Shown here: piece after piece, positions 29,369 to 39,587 of the stretch
Position numbering within the stretch: position 1 is the stretch's first letter
Layout of the letters: every line of letters starts with the position of its first letter
From: a virus
Taxonomy: Duplodnaviria > Caudoviricetes
IMG/VR virus record: IMGVR_UViG_2808606532_000002
Span: 1 to 64,000 of that record
DNA: 64,000 nt
Strand: one strand, 5' to 3'
The notes under the pieces: model-generated
The model's input: the letters and a program-made list of their open reading frames with translations, nothing else
The model's database searches: none
What the model was told of the DNA's origin: nothing
Translations under genes and position numbers: made by a program

Positions 29369-29700
29369 ATTTTCTCACCAATATACAAAAAACATCTTGA
29401 TCCTAAATCGTTCAAACTCATAGGATCAAGATTTGCTCCGCTTTCATCACTTAGCCATAAAAAATAAGGCTGCGTAGTACGTTCAAGCAATTTCACCCCA
29501 CAAACTAAGGCTAACCCTTGGCAAATTTGTTTTTGGTTGATTGGCTCAAAAACGTCCATAACCCAACAATTTCCAATGCTATTAAATCGCAAGGTAATTC
29601 TGATCTTGCGGTTTAAAAATTCAATAGTTTGTTCCTGAAAAGGTGCATTTGTGATAGGGATTTGATGTAGTTGCATATTTTTACCCATAAAAAACCCCAC
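29365..29700 (-). CDS. Baseplate plug-like phage protein
   Basis: Synteny in baseplate cluster; LRFN...WVMD, LYIGE. Confidence 0.65.
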   Translation of the reverse strand: MGFFMGKNMQLHQIPITNAPFQEQTIEFLNRKIRITLRFNSIGNCWVMDVFEPINQKQICQGLALVCGVKLLERTTQPYFLWLSDESGANLDPMSLNDLGSRCFLYIGEKI

Positions 29701-29886
29701 GAATATCGTAGGGTCTTAGATACTAAGTTCGATGTTTATTTTATTTTCTGTAAGAGTTCACTGCTAGATATTTTAGAGTAATTATTTTCCTGTACTTTTT
29801 TGTAAACAAAATACATATCAGCCAACCACCATATAATACTGATAGGTAAAATTGGAAGGCATAGCAATTTAATCAATCCCTTTCTC

Positions 29887-31201
29887 GAGCCTCTCCCATA
29901 ATTTGTGTAAATACCTTTTTCTGAGATAATACATCTAGATACAGGCATTTTATTATGAACGAAAAACAACTTCACGCCTTGGCAGCGGAATTTGCCAAAA
30001 CCCTAAAAACCCCAGAAGACCTTAATCAGTTTTCACGAATGCTCAAAAAAATCACGGTAGAAGCGGCGTTAAATGGTGAGCTGACAGACCACCTTGGCTA
30101 TGAAAAGCATCAGCCCAGAAAAGGCAAAAATGCACGTAATGGCTACACATCCAAGACTATCATCTGTGATGAAGGTGAGATAGAAATTGACACCCCTCGT
30201 GACCGCGATGGCAGCTTTGAGCCACAACTTATCAAGAAAAATCAAACCCGTATTACCGGGATGGATGAACAGATTATTGCCTTATATGCCAAGGGCTTAA
30301 GCAATCAAGAAATCGTTGAAATGTTCAAAGAACTCTATGATGCGGATGTGTCAACAAGCCTGATTTCTCGTGTGACAGATTCTGTAAAAGAACGCGTAAT
30401 AGCATGGCAAAGTCGTGCACTTGATGCAATTTACCCGATTGTTTACTTGGATTGTATCGTGGTGAAAGTGCGTCAAGATGGACGAATTATCAACAAATCC
30501 GTGTTTGTGGCATTAGGTGTCAATCTGGAAGGACATAAAGAACTTTTAGGGCTTTGGATTGCGGAGAATGAAGGGGCGAAGTTCTGGGCTAATGTGCTCA
30601 CTGAATTACAAAATCGTGGCTTGAAAGATATTTTTATTGCTTGCGTAGATGGTTTAAAAGGCTTTCCAGAAGCTATCAATGCGGTTTATCCGCAAACAAA
30701 GATTCAGCTTTGTATTGTGCATTTAGTGCGTAACAGTTTGAAATATGTCTCGTGGAAAGATTACAAAGCGGTGACAGCAGATTTAAAGGGAGTTTATCAA
30801 GCGCCAACGGAGGCTCAAGCACGCGAAAATCTGACCGCACTTTCGCAAAAATGGCAGGCAAAATACCCGCTTGTGGCGAAATGTTGGGAAGATAACTGGG
30901 CAAATATTGCGACCTTTTTTGATTATCCCAACGATATCCGCAAAGCGATATATACGACGAATGCAGTGGAATCGCTTAATAGTGTGATTCGTCGTGTAAT
31001 TAAAAAACGCAATGTGTTTCCAACGGATGATTCGGTGTTCAAAGTAATTTGGCTTGCGATGAAAGATGCCTCAAAAAAATGGACAATGCCGATTCAAAAC
31101 TGGAAACTGGCGATGAATCGATTTATGATTGATTTTGGTGCTCGCTTAGACGAGCACCGTTAAGTTGAAATGGGTGTTTACACAGAATTTGGGATGGGGT
31201 C
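29887..31201 (+). mobile_element. IS256-family insertion sequence
   Basis: Imperfect TIRs GAGCCTCTCCCATAATTTGTGTAAATACC / GGTGTTTACACAGAATTTGGGATGGGGTC; 8-bp TSD CCTTTCTC at 29879-29886 and 31202-31209. Confidence 0.95.
29955..31163 (+). CDS. IS256-family transposase
   Basis: PRDRDGSFEP, YPIVYLD, CVDGLKG, QLCIVH, YTTNAVES. Confidence 0.96.
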   Translation: MNEKQLHALAAEFAKTLKTPEDLNQFSRMLKKITVEAALNGELTDHLGYEKHQPRKGKNARNGYTSKTIICDEGEIEIDTPRDRDGSFEPQLIKKNQTRITGMDEQIIALYAKGLSNQEIVEMFKELYDADVSTSLISRVTDSVKERVIAWQSRALDAIYPIVYLDCIVVKVRQDGRIINKSVFVALGVNLEGHKELLGLWIAENEGAKFWANVLTELQNRGLKDIFIACVDGLKGFPEAINAVYPQTKIQLCIVHLVRNSLKYVSWKDYKAVTADLKGVYQAPTEAQARENLTALSQKWQAKYPLVAKCWEDNWANIATFFDYPNDIRKAIYTTNAVESLNSVIRRVIKKRNVFPTDDSVFKVIWLAMKDASKKWTMPIQNWKLAMNRFMIDFGARLDEHR

Positions 31202-31790
31202 CCTTTCTCCTATCTTTGATTAAAAATCTATCTATACCTAACCAGCCAAAAAAGAGAGAAATATATATCATCCCCACAGCATTTTTCAGTCCTAAGTTTT
31301 TTGATAGTTCTTTATAATCTTCATTGGTATAGCCTTGTGTAAGTGTTTCTATCTGCAGGCGATATTTCTTTGGAATTTTATAGAAAAACTCTTCTTTTTC
31401 TGCATTTTTTGTATAATCTTCAATCCTTTCCATTAGACCCTTTTTATTGGTCTCTATAGGTTCCAAAGATACATCCGCTTCCTCTACAGATACTTTTTCT
31501 TCCTTGGGTTGAGTGCCTTTTAGCTTGGTTCGAGTGTAAATACCCGTTCCAGGTAAACCAGCATTTAGATATGTTCCATCTTTACCAAGATTAACAGAAA
31601 GACCTTTAACCCCCACCGTTGTACTAATTCCAGATTTACTTAAATTAATTGATATTCCAGGTGCTATTTTTATTCTCTTTCTAAATTTAAATGGATTTTT
31701 AAATGAATTTCTAGCCATATCAAGTTCCCCCTATTTAATTCTAGGTAGAATTATACATCTTACAGAACTGTTATCAAAAAAATGATGTGA

Positions 31791-32594
31791 TTATTTCAAC
31801 GCCTTTTTTAGCCCCTCACCGATATATCTTGCAAGCCCACCTTTCTCCACAGGCTTTGTCTGTGTTGCTCCCTGTTGGGTTTTAGGGGCGGATTGAATTG
31901 CTGCACGTCCGCTTTTTTGTTTGCCAGCTACGCCATTTTTGCTCTTGTTAGGCTGAGAGGTTGTAGTAACGGTATCAACAATTAAAACCTCACGGGCAGA
32001 GATGGTAAAGGTGGCACTACCGTCTTGAGATTGCACTACTGAAACTGACTCAATCAGCATATTTTTGTACAGATGAATGCCTGTTTGAATATCAATAGGT
32101 TCACCTGACTTTTGACTTGCAACCAAATCAGCGTAGCATTTTTGAATGCGATTGCTGCTTTCTGAACTATCTAAAAAACCACCCAAGCCAAAATCTGGCA
32201 AGAATGGAGCGATTGCCCTAACCTTATTGATTTGGTCTTGTGCCATTTGAACCGCACCTGCTGCTTGGCTTAACACTCGAGTAGCTTTCGCTAAGGTTTG
32301 TGCGGTTTGTGTGACAACTTTAACAGGTAAGGGGAACTGATTAAGAAAATCCGTCACCCCTCGAATATTTCCCAGGTAAGGAAGATTAGCACCAAAACCA
32401 CCATGATCATGTTCAACCATAACACCGACAATAGTGACTGATTTAGGTTTTAGCACCGCATGATCGGCAATAACCGCCCCTGACTCAATTGGGTTTTCAC
32501 TAATATCAAGATTGGATTGGTGATCTTCGTTTGTCACTACATCCAAGGTAATTTTACCAATTCTGCGGTTTGTGATTTGAGCAAAATTAAACAT
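31791..32594 (-). CDS. Tail-tube initiator / baseplate (Dit-like) protein
   Basis: ENPIESGAVIADH motif; follows tape measure gene. Confidence 0.72.
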   Translation of the reverse strand: MFNFAQITNRRIGKITLDVVTNEDHQSNLDISENPIESGAVIADHAVLKPKSVTIVGVMVEHDHGGFGANLPYLGNIRGVTDFLNQFPLPVKVVTQTAQTLAKATRVLSQAAGAVQMAQDQINKVRAIAPFLPDFGLGGFLDSSESSNRIQKCYADLVASQKSGEPIDIQTGIHLYKNMLIESVSVVQSQDGSATFTISAREVLIVDTVTTTSQPNKSKNGVAGKQKSGRAAIQSAPKTQQGATQTKPVEKGGLARYIGEGLKKALK

Positions 32595-32603
32595 AAAATC
32601 CCC

Positions 32604-34769
32604 TTATTGAACAAATGCCGATCTTGTATTTTGAATGGTTTGGTTATAGCGGTCTGCTATCAATTTAGCATCTTTATCCGCATAACCTGAGCCATTGAGA
32701 TTAATAGTAGTCGTGTATTTGTTATTGCTGTTTTGCATACTATGATCTGCATTGTTGGTTGTTAATGCTTGTGCGGGTAAACTCATTGCTTGCATAGACA
32801 TATTCGCCACCTTTTCAGCATTGTTATCACCACCAAAAAACGAGGTCACACTGTCCCACGCTCCTTTAGCTTTATCTGAAATGCCATCTGCAATCTTTGA
32901 TGGAGAGAAATTTTTCACTGCATCAATAATAGGTGCAATATAGGTATCATATTGCAATTTCACCCAGTCAAAGGCTGATTTAAATGGCGACATAATCCAG
33001 TCGGTTACTTGAGCAAAGCCTTGCTCGATAACAGTTAAATCAAGCTGTGAGCCTGTAAAGGTTTCCCATAAGCTATTGACATAGTCAAGGGCAAATTGGA
33101 AAGGTGTTTTAATGTAATCAATGACTAAATCAAAAATCGCCCCTATTGGATCAACACTAAAGTTATCGATAAATTTTGCCCATATTGCTTTTATACGATT
33201 GAATGCATTAATAAATGGTCGGCTCATTATCGTAAAAATACGTAGCAAAATTTGTTTTAATTTTCCTACCGCACTTTTAGCATAATCAACGATATTTTGC
33301 CAAAGTCCACTTAACCATTTCACCGCCTTTTGAGCAAAATCTGAAACCGCTTTTTTAATTTTGTCCCAGTTTTTTATTAATTGGTAAATGGCAAAACCAA
33401 GTAAAGCAATAATAGCAATAATTGCACCAACAGGGTTAGCCACAAACGCCATGCGAATTGCCATTCCTACGGATTTGATAATCCCGATTAATTTTCCTCC
33501 CCAACCAATAACCGAAGAGAATAGCCCTGACATTTTGCCGATTGCACTAAAAGCCCTGACAAATCCCATAAATTGCCCAGACATAGAGGCAATACCACGA
33601 CCGAATAGGGCGACTATTAACCCAATACCCAGTAAGATTTCATCTCGATATTCATTCCAAAACGCTACCGCACTTTCAAGATAACGAGGAAAATCCGCAA
33701 TCAGTCCTTGTACCCATCGCAAACCTTTGGCGAAAGGCTCCCAAAATGCCCCTAAATAGCTTGCTGCCTCGCCATCTTCAAGGTAAATAATAAAGTCTTC
33801 GACCAGTGCGATAAGTGCAACTAATCCAGCTACAATCCACACAAAAGGGTTCATGGCAAAGGCTTTTATCATTTGACGATTAGCCCAAAGCGATACGGCT
33901 GCTAAAATCATCATGGCGTTTTTCCAGCCTACCGTAGAGCGAATAACGCGATCTACTGCCGATATAAAATAACCAAAAAAAGACATTACTCGCTGAATTA
34001 TCCGAGCAAAGCTGGTTAATCCATCTTTAATAAAGGCATTATTGACAATAAACCAGTTTTTAAAGCGTGCGATCACATCTTGAATAGAGGGAGCAAATTG
34101 TAGGCTTAAAAACTCTCTTACCCCTTTGAGCATTTGCCCCATTTCTGTCATTGAGTCTTTAAAACTAGCAGCAATTTCCACATTTTCCGCATTAGCCACA
34201 CCTAAAGATAAGGCTTCTGCGTTTTGCATTGCCTCTTGCATTTCTGCGTTGGTGAGGCGTAAGGTTTGGATCATACTGCCGTCAATGCCTAGCTTGGATA
34301 ACATCGCAATCTGTTGCTGATTGCTCATACCCACCATACGCTGACGGATTTCCTCGAGTATTTCAGATGAACTTTTGATCTCACCATTGGCTTTTTTGGC
34401 ACTAAAGCCATAATTTTCAAACGCCCTTGCCCCTAAACCTACGCCATTAGCAGCTTCACCAATCGCCTTAGAAAGTCCCTCAATAGAGGCTTGAGCAGCT
34501 TGCGAAGACGATCCATTTACCTCAGCAACCTTGTCTAATAAATAGATTTTATCCGCTGCCTCGCCTGTTACCTTTGAAAGCTGTCTCACCTCATCAAGTG
34601 CGGTCAGATTACTGTTTACAAAGGCGGTTAGCCCAGCCACAGCACCAGCAAAAGCACCGCCTAAAAGTGCGGTAGCTTTTCCGATATTTTTTAAGCTCAC
34701 CTCAACATCTAGAAGCTTTTTAAGGTCAGCTTTTACGCCAATCTTGATTAATAAATCATTTAGTAGCAT
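32604..34769 (-). CDS. Tail tape measure protein
   Basis: Long helical, Trp-periodic protein with TM segments after the chaperone genes. Confidence 0.85.
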   Translation of the reverse strand: MLLNDLLIKIGVKADLKKLLDVEVSLKNIGKATALLGGAFAGAVAGLTAFVNSNLTALDEVRQLSKVTGEAADKIYLLDKVAEVNGSSSQAAQASIEGLSKAIGEAANGVGLGARAFENYGFSAKKANGEIKSSSEILEEIRQRMVGMSNQQQIAMLSKLGIDGSMIQTLRLTNAEMQEAMQNAEALSLGVANAENVEIAASFKDSMTEMGQMLKGVREFLSLQFAPSIQDVIARFKNWFIVNNAFIKDGLTSFARIIQRVMSFFGYFISAVDRVIRSTVGWKNAMMILAAVSLWANRQMIKAFAMNPFVWIVAGLVALIALVEDFIIYLEDGEAASYLGAFWEPFAKGLRWVQGLIADFPRYLESAVAFWNEYRDEILLGIGLIVALFGRGIASMSGQFMGFVRAFSAIGKMSGLFSSVIGWGGKLIGIIKSVGMAIRMAFVANPVGAIIAIIALLGFAIYQLIKNWDKIKKAVSDFAQKAVKWLSGLWQNIVDYAKSAVGKLKQILLRIFTIMSRPFINAFNRIKAIWAKFIDNFSVDPIGAIFDLVIDYIKTPFQFALDYVNSLWETFTGSQLDLTVIEQGFAQVTDWIMSPFKSAFDWVKLQYDTYIAPIIDAVKNFSPSKIADGISDKAKGAWDSVTSFFGGDNNAEKVANMSMQAMSLPAQALTTNNADHSMQNSNNKYTTTINLNGSGYADKDAKLIADRYNQTIQNTRSAFVQ

Positions 34770-34989
34770 TGGCTTTTCTCTCCATTTCGTTTAATTCCAG
34801 CACGACTTCATGAAATGACAAAAGGTCGCCTAGGGAGTAGAGCGACCTTAATTCATTTAGCGTGCAAAATTGTTTAACTATCGGGGTAAAAATAAACCAA
34901 TCTACTTGAGATTGGCTTAGGCTTTGCTGTTTGTTGTCGGACTGGTTGCGATGATACCCTTCAGCAATTCGCCCCCACCGCTGAAAAAA
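34756..34989 (-). CDS. -1 frameshift extension of tail assembly chaperone (G-T type)
   Basis: Slippery T TTT TTC at 34989-34983; -1 frame open to ...VDWFIFTPIVKQFCTLNELRSLYSLGDLLSFHEV...ATK*. Confidence 0.72.
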   Translation of the reverse strand, partial: FFQRWGRIAEGYHRNQSDNKQQSLSQSQVDWFIFTPIVKQFCTLNELRSLYSLGDLLSFHEVVLELNEMERKANATK

Positions 34990-35345
34990 TCTCCGAATTG
35001 GTACTTTAACCCCTCCATTAATACAGGGATTAAATGGGAGCGGTAGCGGTTGAAATGACGATCTGGATTATCAGATAAGCGTTGATTGCCTTGCTCGCCT
35101 TGGCAGACGGTATGCTTTAACACAATCTCTTCAAGGGCTTTGACACTTGGATCGCCTAAGTTACCCAATACCGTAGAAATTAAACTTGCGCCCAATTCTT
35201 CCGCCTTGCTACCTGTCATTTGGGTTAAATTAACCCCTTGCAATAAACGTAAGGCATTTTTTAATGCTTGCCATGATGACATTGCATTAGCAGGCGTCAT
35301 TAAGTAGGTTACACCGCCATATTCAAATTGATGTTGTTCTTGCAT
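34917..35345 (-). CDS. Tail assembly chaperone
   Basis: Between tube and tape measure genes; ends near GDFF slippery site. Confidence 0.75.
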   Translation of the reverse strand: MQEQHQFEYGGVTYLMTPANAMSSWQALKNALRLLQGVNLTQMTGSKAEELGASLISTVLGNLGDPSVKALEEIVLKHTVCQGEQGNQRLSDNPDRHFNRYRSHLIPVLMEGLKYQFGDFFSGGGELLKGIIATSPTTNSKA

Positions 35346-35776
35346 TATGCCACTCCTTTCTCAAATTCTGTGTTCATTTGCTCAAAGACGATAGTCCATT
35401 CTTCCGCATTATGCCCTTGCCCACGGGTAAAGGCTGGAGGCGTGGTGAAATACCCTTTTGTCGCTGTTACCACATCACCATTGAGTAAATCTCGAATAGA
35501 AAGAGTCATTGGCGTAAAGGTTTTAATGCTGTTTTTCTGTTGATTGCGTAACTTGCTTAAATACGCATTATCTTCAGAATGTTGTTTGATTTTCAGCACT
35601 AACTTGCCTGATTTGTTGGTATTTGAAATAAATACACCTGTGCCATTTGCACCAATTACATATTCGCCATCATCAGTTTGAAAGGTCGCACTAATTACAT
35701 CTGAGCCGTCTGACCAGTCGCTAATTTCACGACCATCTAACAAAACAATGACTTCTTTTGGATCGAAAACTGCCAT
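35345..35776 (-). CDS. Tail tube protein (DUF3277-like)
   Basis: FDPKEV, IGANG, follows sheath. Confidence 0.78.
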   Translation of the reverse strand: MAVFDPKEVIVLLDGREISDWSDGSDVISATFQTDDGEYVIGANGTGVFISNTNKSGKLVLKIKQHSEDNAYLSKLRNQQKNSIKTFTPMTLSIRDLLNGDVVTATKGYFTTPPAFTRGQGHNAEEWTIVFEQMNTEFEKGVA

Positions 35777-35787
35777 TTTATTTTTCC

Positions 35788-37338
35788 TTATCGGTTGTAG
35801 TTGATAATCACATCGCTAAAGTGGATTGCTCCAGCGAGTTTGACTGCGGTCTGAATTGGTGTGGCTCGGCGTTGCTCTCGGTCACTATCGGAAAGCGTGT
35901 CCATTGGTGCCGCCCAGACATAGTAGCCTTTTTCTAAGTAGTCGCCTGTTTGTAGCGAGCCGAAACTATCGCCATTCCATTGACCCGGTGCAAATGCCCC
36001 GTTGTTAATGCCTTCTAAGCAGACTTTTTCCACTGCAGCAATTAACACCGCTTGACCTTTATCGGTAAGCGGTAGTTTTGTTGGTGATTTATACAAACGA
36101 GCAAAAACTTCTTTTTGTACCGCATCAGTGAACCAGTCTAAAATCACAATTTCATCGGCAAATTTACCGCCAATCACCGTACCTTCCGCTAGCATCGCCA
36201 CATCATCGTAATAGGTGTAAGTGTTGATACCTAAGCGTTTTGCTTTGTTATGCTCGGTTGCGGTTACATCATCTGCGGTAATGCCCGGTTGAGTTTTAAA
36301 CTTAAGCGTAATGGTTGAGTTGTTGGCCGCAAAATTAACCGCCAATAAGCGAGCGAGTGCGGAAGAGCAAGCGTAGAGATCGTCTTTGTCATAAATCGCT
36401 AAAGTATGATCTAACTGTGCATCGGCTAATTTTTTATAGACATTGTCATTGGACCATTCTAATTGAGCTGGGCGAATGACATTTGCCCCGAATAATTTGG
36501 TGTTTGCCTGTGCATATTTTGCTGCCGTCATCACTTGATCATCGGTAAGTTGTGCGGCAAACGTAAAGCCATACCAGTTGTTATTGATTTCAGCGAGATT
36601 AAATAAGGCTTGCCCTACGCTTTCCGCTTTAACACTTGACGAGGATTTACCAATTACTCGGGTTGCTTGCCCGTCTTCTAATCGCAACAATGAGCCAAGA
36701 TATTCGCCCTCTGTTTCGTCCGAATAGGCGTAGAAAATCAAGCTAGATTTATCCTCACCCGCACGAGAAGCTGTCAATAAAATACGATTGCCTGTTGGGT
36801 CATAACTGGCTGTCACTGATTGTGCGGTCAGTTTTTCGGTAATTTTGCTGGCTACGGCATTAAAGTCGGCACACTTAGTCAGATTTAGCCCTGAGACCAC
36901 CACTTTGCTTGAGCCAATAGTTAGCACAAAATAGCCATTTGCCACTTGCTTAAATTCTTCTAATGGATTAGCAAGAGTTGCCCCTTGTAAAGCATTACTC
37001 GTTGCATTAATCGTTGCTTGGGTTTTCTGCCAACGAGCAATAACAAGCTGTTTCGCACGTGGACGTTGAGCAAAAAACGGAAAACTCGCCTTAGCGGTTT
37101 CAGAGTCAGAACCGAATAATTGCTCAACTTCTCGCTGGTCATTCACATACACATAGCGAGTTTTATCATCATTGAACACATTGCCTGCCTCTGGGGTAAA
37201 CAATGCCACGACGCCAAAATCTTTACGTGCAGCCGATTTTGGTACGGTATTAAGTTGCACATTGACAACATTGGAAATGGATAATGCCATTTGCTTGTCT
37301 CCTGTTTGGATAATAAAAAACCGCACTTGATTGCTCAA
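35788..37338 (-). CDS. Tail sheath protein (DUF3383-like)
   Basis: ITLKFK, LDWF, KLPLTDKG, KLAGAIH; likely start 37290. Confidence 0.85.
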   Translation of the reverse strand: MSNQVRFFIIQTGDKQMALSISNVVNVQLNTVPKSAARKDFGVVALFTPEAGNVFNDDKTRYVYVNDQREVEQLFGSDSETAKASFPFFAQRPRAKQLVIARWQKTQATINATSNALQGATLANPLEEFKQVANGYFVLTIGSSKVVVSGLNLTKCADFNAVASKITEKLTAQSVTASYDPTGNRILLTASRAGEDKSSLIFYAYSDETEGEYLGSLLRLEDGQATRVIGKSSSSVKAESVGQALFNLAEINNNWYGFTFAAQLTDDQVMTAAKYAQANTKLFGANVIRPAQLEWSNDNVYKKLADAQLDHTLAIYDKDDLYACSSALARLLAVNFAANNSTITLKFKTQPGITADDVTATEHNKAKRLGINTYTYYDDVAMLAEGTVIGGKFADEIVILDWFTDAVQKEVFARLYKSPTKLPLTDKGQAVLIAAVEKVCLEGINNGAFAPGQWNGDSFGSLQTGDYLEKGYYVWAAPMDTLSDSDREQRRATPIQTAVKLAGAIHFSDVIINYNR

Positions 37339-37352
37339 AGTGCGGTGGGTTT
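37318..37352. terminator. Inverted USS pair forming a hairpin
   Basis: ACCGCACTT gattgctca AAGTGCGGT. Confidence 0.75.
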
Positions 37353-37423
37353 AGTGTGTAAAATAATAGTTTACATTTAGTGATTTTGCTGTATAGTATT
37401 ACTATACGAAAGGGTAAGCCATT

Positions 37424-37702
37424 ATGATCATTTCATTTAAGCACAAAGGTTTAGAACAGTTCTTTAAAACTGGATCAACAGCAGGTATTCAAGCCAAACA
37501 CGCAGATAGACTTAACATTATTCTGACTGCCCTCAATGCGGCGACTGCGGCTCAAGATTTAAATCGTTCGGGTTGGAACTTGCATCGTCTCAAAGGAGAA
37601 CTTGCCGAACATTGGAGTGTAAAAGTTAATGGAAATTGGCGAATTACCTTTCGATTTGAAAATGGCAATGCTGAAATCGTCAATTATCAGGATTATCACT
37701 AG
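37424..37702 (+). CDS. higB: HigB toxin 2
   Basis: Paralogue of 28775..29053. Confidence 0.93.
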   Translation: MIISFKHKGLEQFFKTGSTAGIQAKHADRLNIILTALNAATAAQDLNRSGWNLHRLKGELAEHWSVKVNGNWRITFRFENGNAEIVNYQDYH

Positions 37703-37712
37703 GAGAAACTCA

Positions 37713-38009
37713 ATGAAAATGTACAATCCAGCTCACCCTGGCAAAGTATTAAAAGAATTTATTGCTGACTTTACTATCACTGAAATCGCACAACGTCTTG
37801 GTATAACTCGTGTAATGCTTTCTCGTATCATCAACGAAAAAGCACCGATTACGCCTGATATGGCAATTCGTTTAAGTCAATTACTCGAAACAAGCTCTGA
37901 GTTTTGGTTAAACCTACAATCTCAATATGACATTTGGCAACTTGAACAACAACCACGTTTTGAAGTGAAGCCTTTATTCAAGTCAGAGCCTGTCGCCGAT
38001 ATTCGCTAA
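37713..38009 (+). CDS. higA: HigA antitoxin 2
   Basis: MYNPAHPGKVL, ITPDMAIRL, FWLNLQSQYD; start after AGGAG. Confidence 0.92.
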   Translation: MKMYNPAHPGKVLKEFIADFTITEIAQRLGITRVMLSRIINEKAPITPDMAIRLSQLLETSSEFWLNLQSQYDIWQLEQQPRFEVKPLFKSEPVADIR

Positions 38010-38518
38010 TCCGTTTCGTCAATTTCCGCCAAAATTGAACCGCTTACTTTCACTTTATCCATGCGATTAAGCGGTGTTTCGACAATATGATGATGGGAGA
38101 TGATGCAATCAAATTGCCCTCGCTCTTGGTAATCCGCACCCACTGTTGCGGTAAGATTGCGAACATCAGAAAATCTGACAATATGGGCTTGCATTGCTTT
38201 TAAGACGTCAATCATTGCAGAGCTTTGCAACAGATTTTTAAGCTTGGTTGCCACTCTCACACCATTATTGCCGTAGCAAGAAATGCTCACTGTACTCAGT
38301 AAACTACTGATGATGGTTTCTGTTTCTTTTTTACCCTCAAATTTACGTTGCGATTGCCCGATTTCTTGTTGGCTCATCATATCTACCGTAATAAAAGCAG
38401 AGAGTTTATTTTCAGGCAACCAACCGCCAATCACTGCTTCATCAGGTAATTGTAAAGCCTTGGCTATCGCTCTTCGCAGTTGGGAGATGTCGAACTCCAA
38501 TTTGGTGGTAGTATCCAT
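38006..38518 (-). CDS. Neck/tail terminator protein
   Basis: Position upstream of sheath gene. Confidence 0.62.
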   Translation of the reverse strand: MDTTTKLEFDISQLRRAIAKALQLPDEAVIGGWLPENKLSAFITVDMMSQQEIGQSQRKFEGKKETETIISSLLSTVSISCYGNNGVRVATKLKNLLQSSAMIDVLKAMQAHIVRFSDVRNLTATVGADYQERGQFDCIISHHHIVETPLNRMDKVKVSGSILAEIDETD

Positions 38519-38777
38519 AATCGCTCCAGTTAGCTAAGATTTTAATACAGTAGTCTATGCCTTTGTATTGCACTAAATCACCACGCTCAAGGGGTTCATT
38601 TGTGAATAATTTTAGCGAAGGTAAATAACGCTCACTTTCAGGCAAAAGCAACACATCATTAGGACTTGTGGGAATAACAATGGCTGTCATTGAAAGGATT
38701 TGACTTTGTCGCCTCACTTCAATTTGTTGTTTAAAACGACTGTTGCGTAGTCGTCCAGATTGGTTGATTAAGCTCAT
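38442..38777 (-). CDS. Head closure / head-tail adaptor
   Basis: LLPESER, GDLV, WSDYGYY; synteny. Confidence 0.65.
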   Translation of the reverse strand: MSLINQSGRLRNSRFKQQIEVRRQSQILSMTAIVIPTSPNDVLLLPESERYLPSLKLFTNEPLERGDLVQYKGIDYCIKILANWSDYGYYHQIGVRHLPTAKSDSQGFTIT

Positions 38778-39220
38778 TTGATAACTCCTGTAATAGATTG
38801 ACGTAACCGCCCTGTGTCAATGAGTGGTTTGCTCGATCCTTTTCGTTTAATCGTGCTTGGTGCATTAGCCACCCAGTCGCCTTTCACTATATTTTCTTGC
38901 ACATCGCCTTGTGCCACCAAGGCAATCTTTTGCATTAATTGCACATAATCTTCGCCATTATTAATCCCTTCAGCAAAAAGAGCGGTGTATTTTTGTTGAT
39001 TTTCTGCAAGGGTCTGACGTAGAAATGGACGGCTTGGAATATGTTGATTGCCGAACTCTAAAACCGCTGCTAAACTCGCTAGATTAAACTGCTCAGCACC
39101 TTCAACGTTGCGATTTTCTGACGCAGGAATACCTACATACACATCTTTGGCATTTAAGCCTTCAAGTTGCTTAATGAGTTGCTCTAACCCATTTTTTGTA
39201 CTGGTTAAACTGACTGACAT
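38776..39220 (-). CDS. Neck / tail completion protein
   Basis: EFG...IPSRPFLR, NAPSTIKRKGSSKPLIDTG. Confidence 0.78.
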
Positions 39221-39577
39221 TTACGCCACCATTACCCCAAACCCAACCAGCCGCTTAAGGCGGAGATATTCCTGTCCGTAAGCGGTGGTTTGGTAATCTA
39301 AATTGGCATCTGGCATAGGGGCGACATAACTTACCGATAATTCACCCGCACTTTCAGAGGCAAGTGGGCGAGTTGCGTCCCCACCTGTTGCATTGCTTTC
39401 TTCTCGTAGCTTGAGTAAATGTGCAGTTAATGCCATTACGCCACGCTGATAGAATTTTCCCCAGCGTTTCTCGCTAATTTCAGTTTGTGCGTCCAATAAA
39501 AAAAGCTCGATAATTTCTTCGTCGAGCTTTTCAAATTCGGGATAACGTACCAGAAAATCCAGCCTTAACTGCGACAT
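39221..39577 (-). CDS. Head-tail connector (DUF4054-like)
   Basis: YPEF, TAHLL, GELSVSY, TAYGQEY. Confidence 0.82.
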   Translation of the reverse strand: MSQLRLDFLVRYPEFEKLDEEIIELFLLDAQTEISEKRWGKFYQRGVMALTAHLLKLREESNATGGDATRPLASESAGELSVSYVAPMPDANLDYQTTAYGQEYLRLKRLVGFGVMVA

Positions 39578-39587
39578 ATTTTACTCC

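Larger units (their letters stand above)
29736..31718 (-). pseudogene. DUF4236-like N-terminus + TM2-domain membrane protein moron, interrupted by IS256
   Basis: FRKRIKIAPGISINLSKSGIS...LPGTGIY; removing the IS gives FFGWLGIDRFLIKDRRKGLIKLLCL...WWLAD. Confidence 0.82.

Noticed and set aside
29736-29975. 79-aa standalone ORF
   Set aside because: Chimera of the IS256 left end and the 3' fragment of the interrupted TM2 gene
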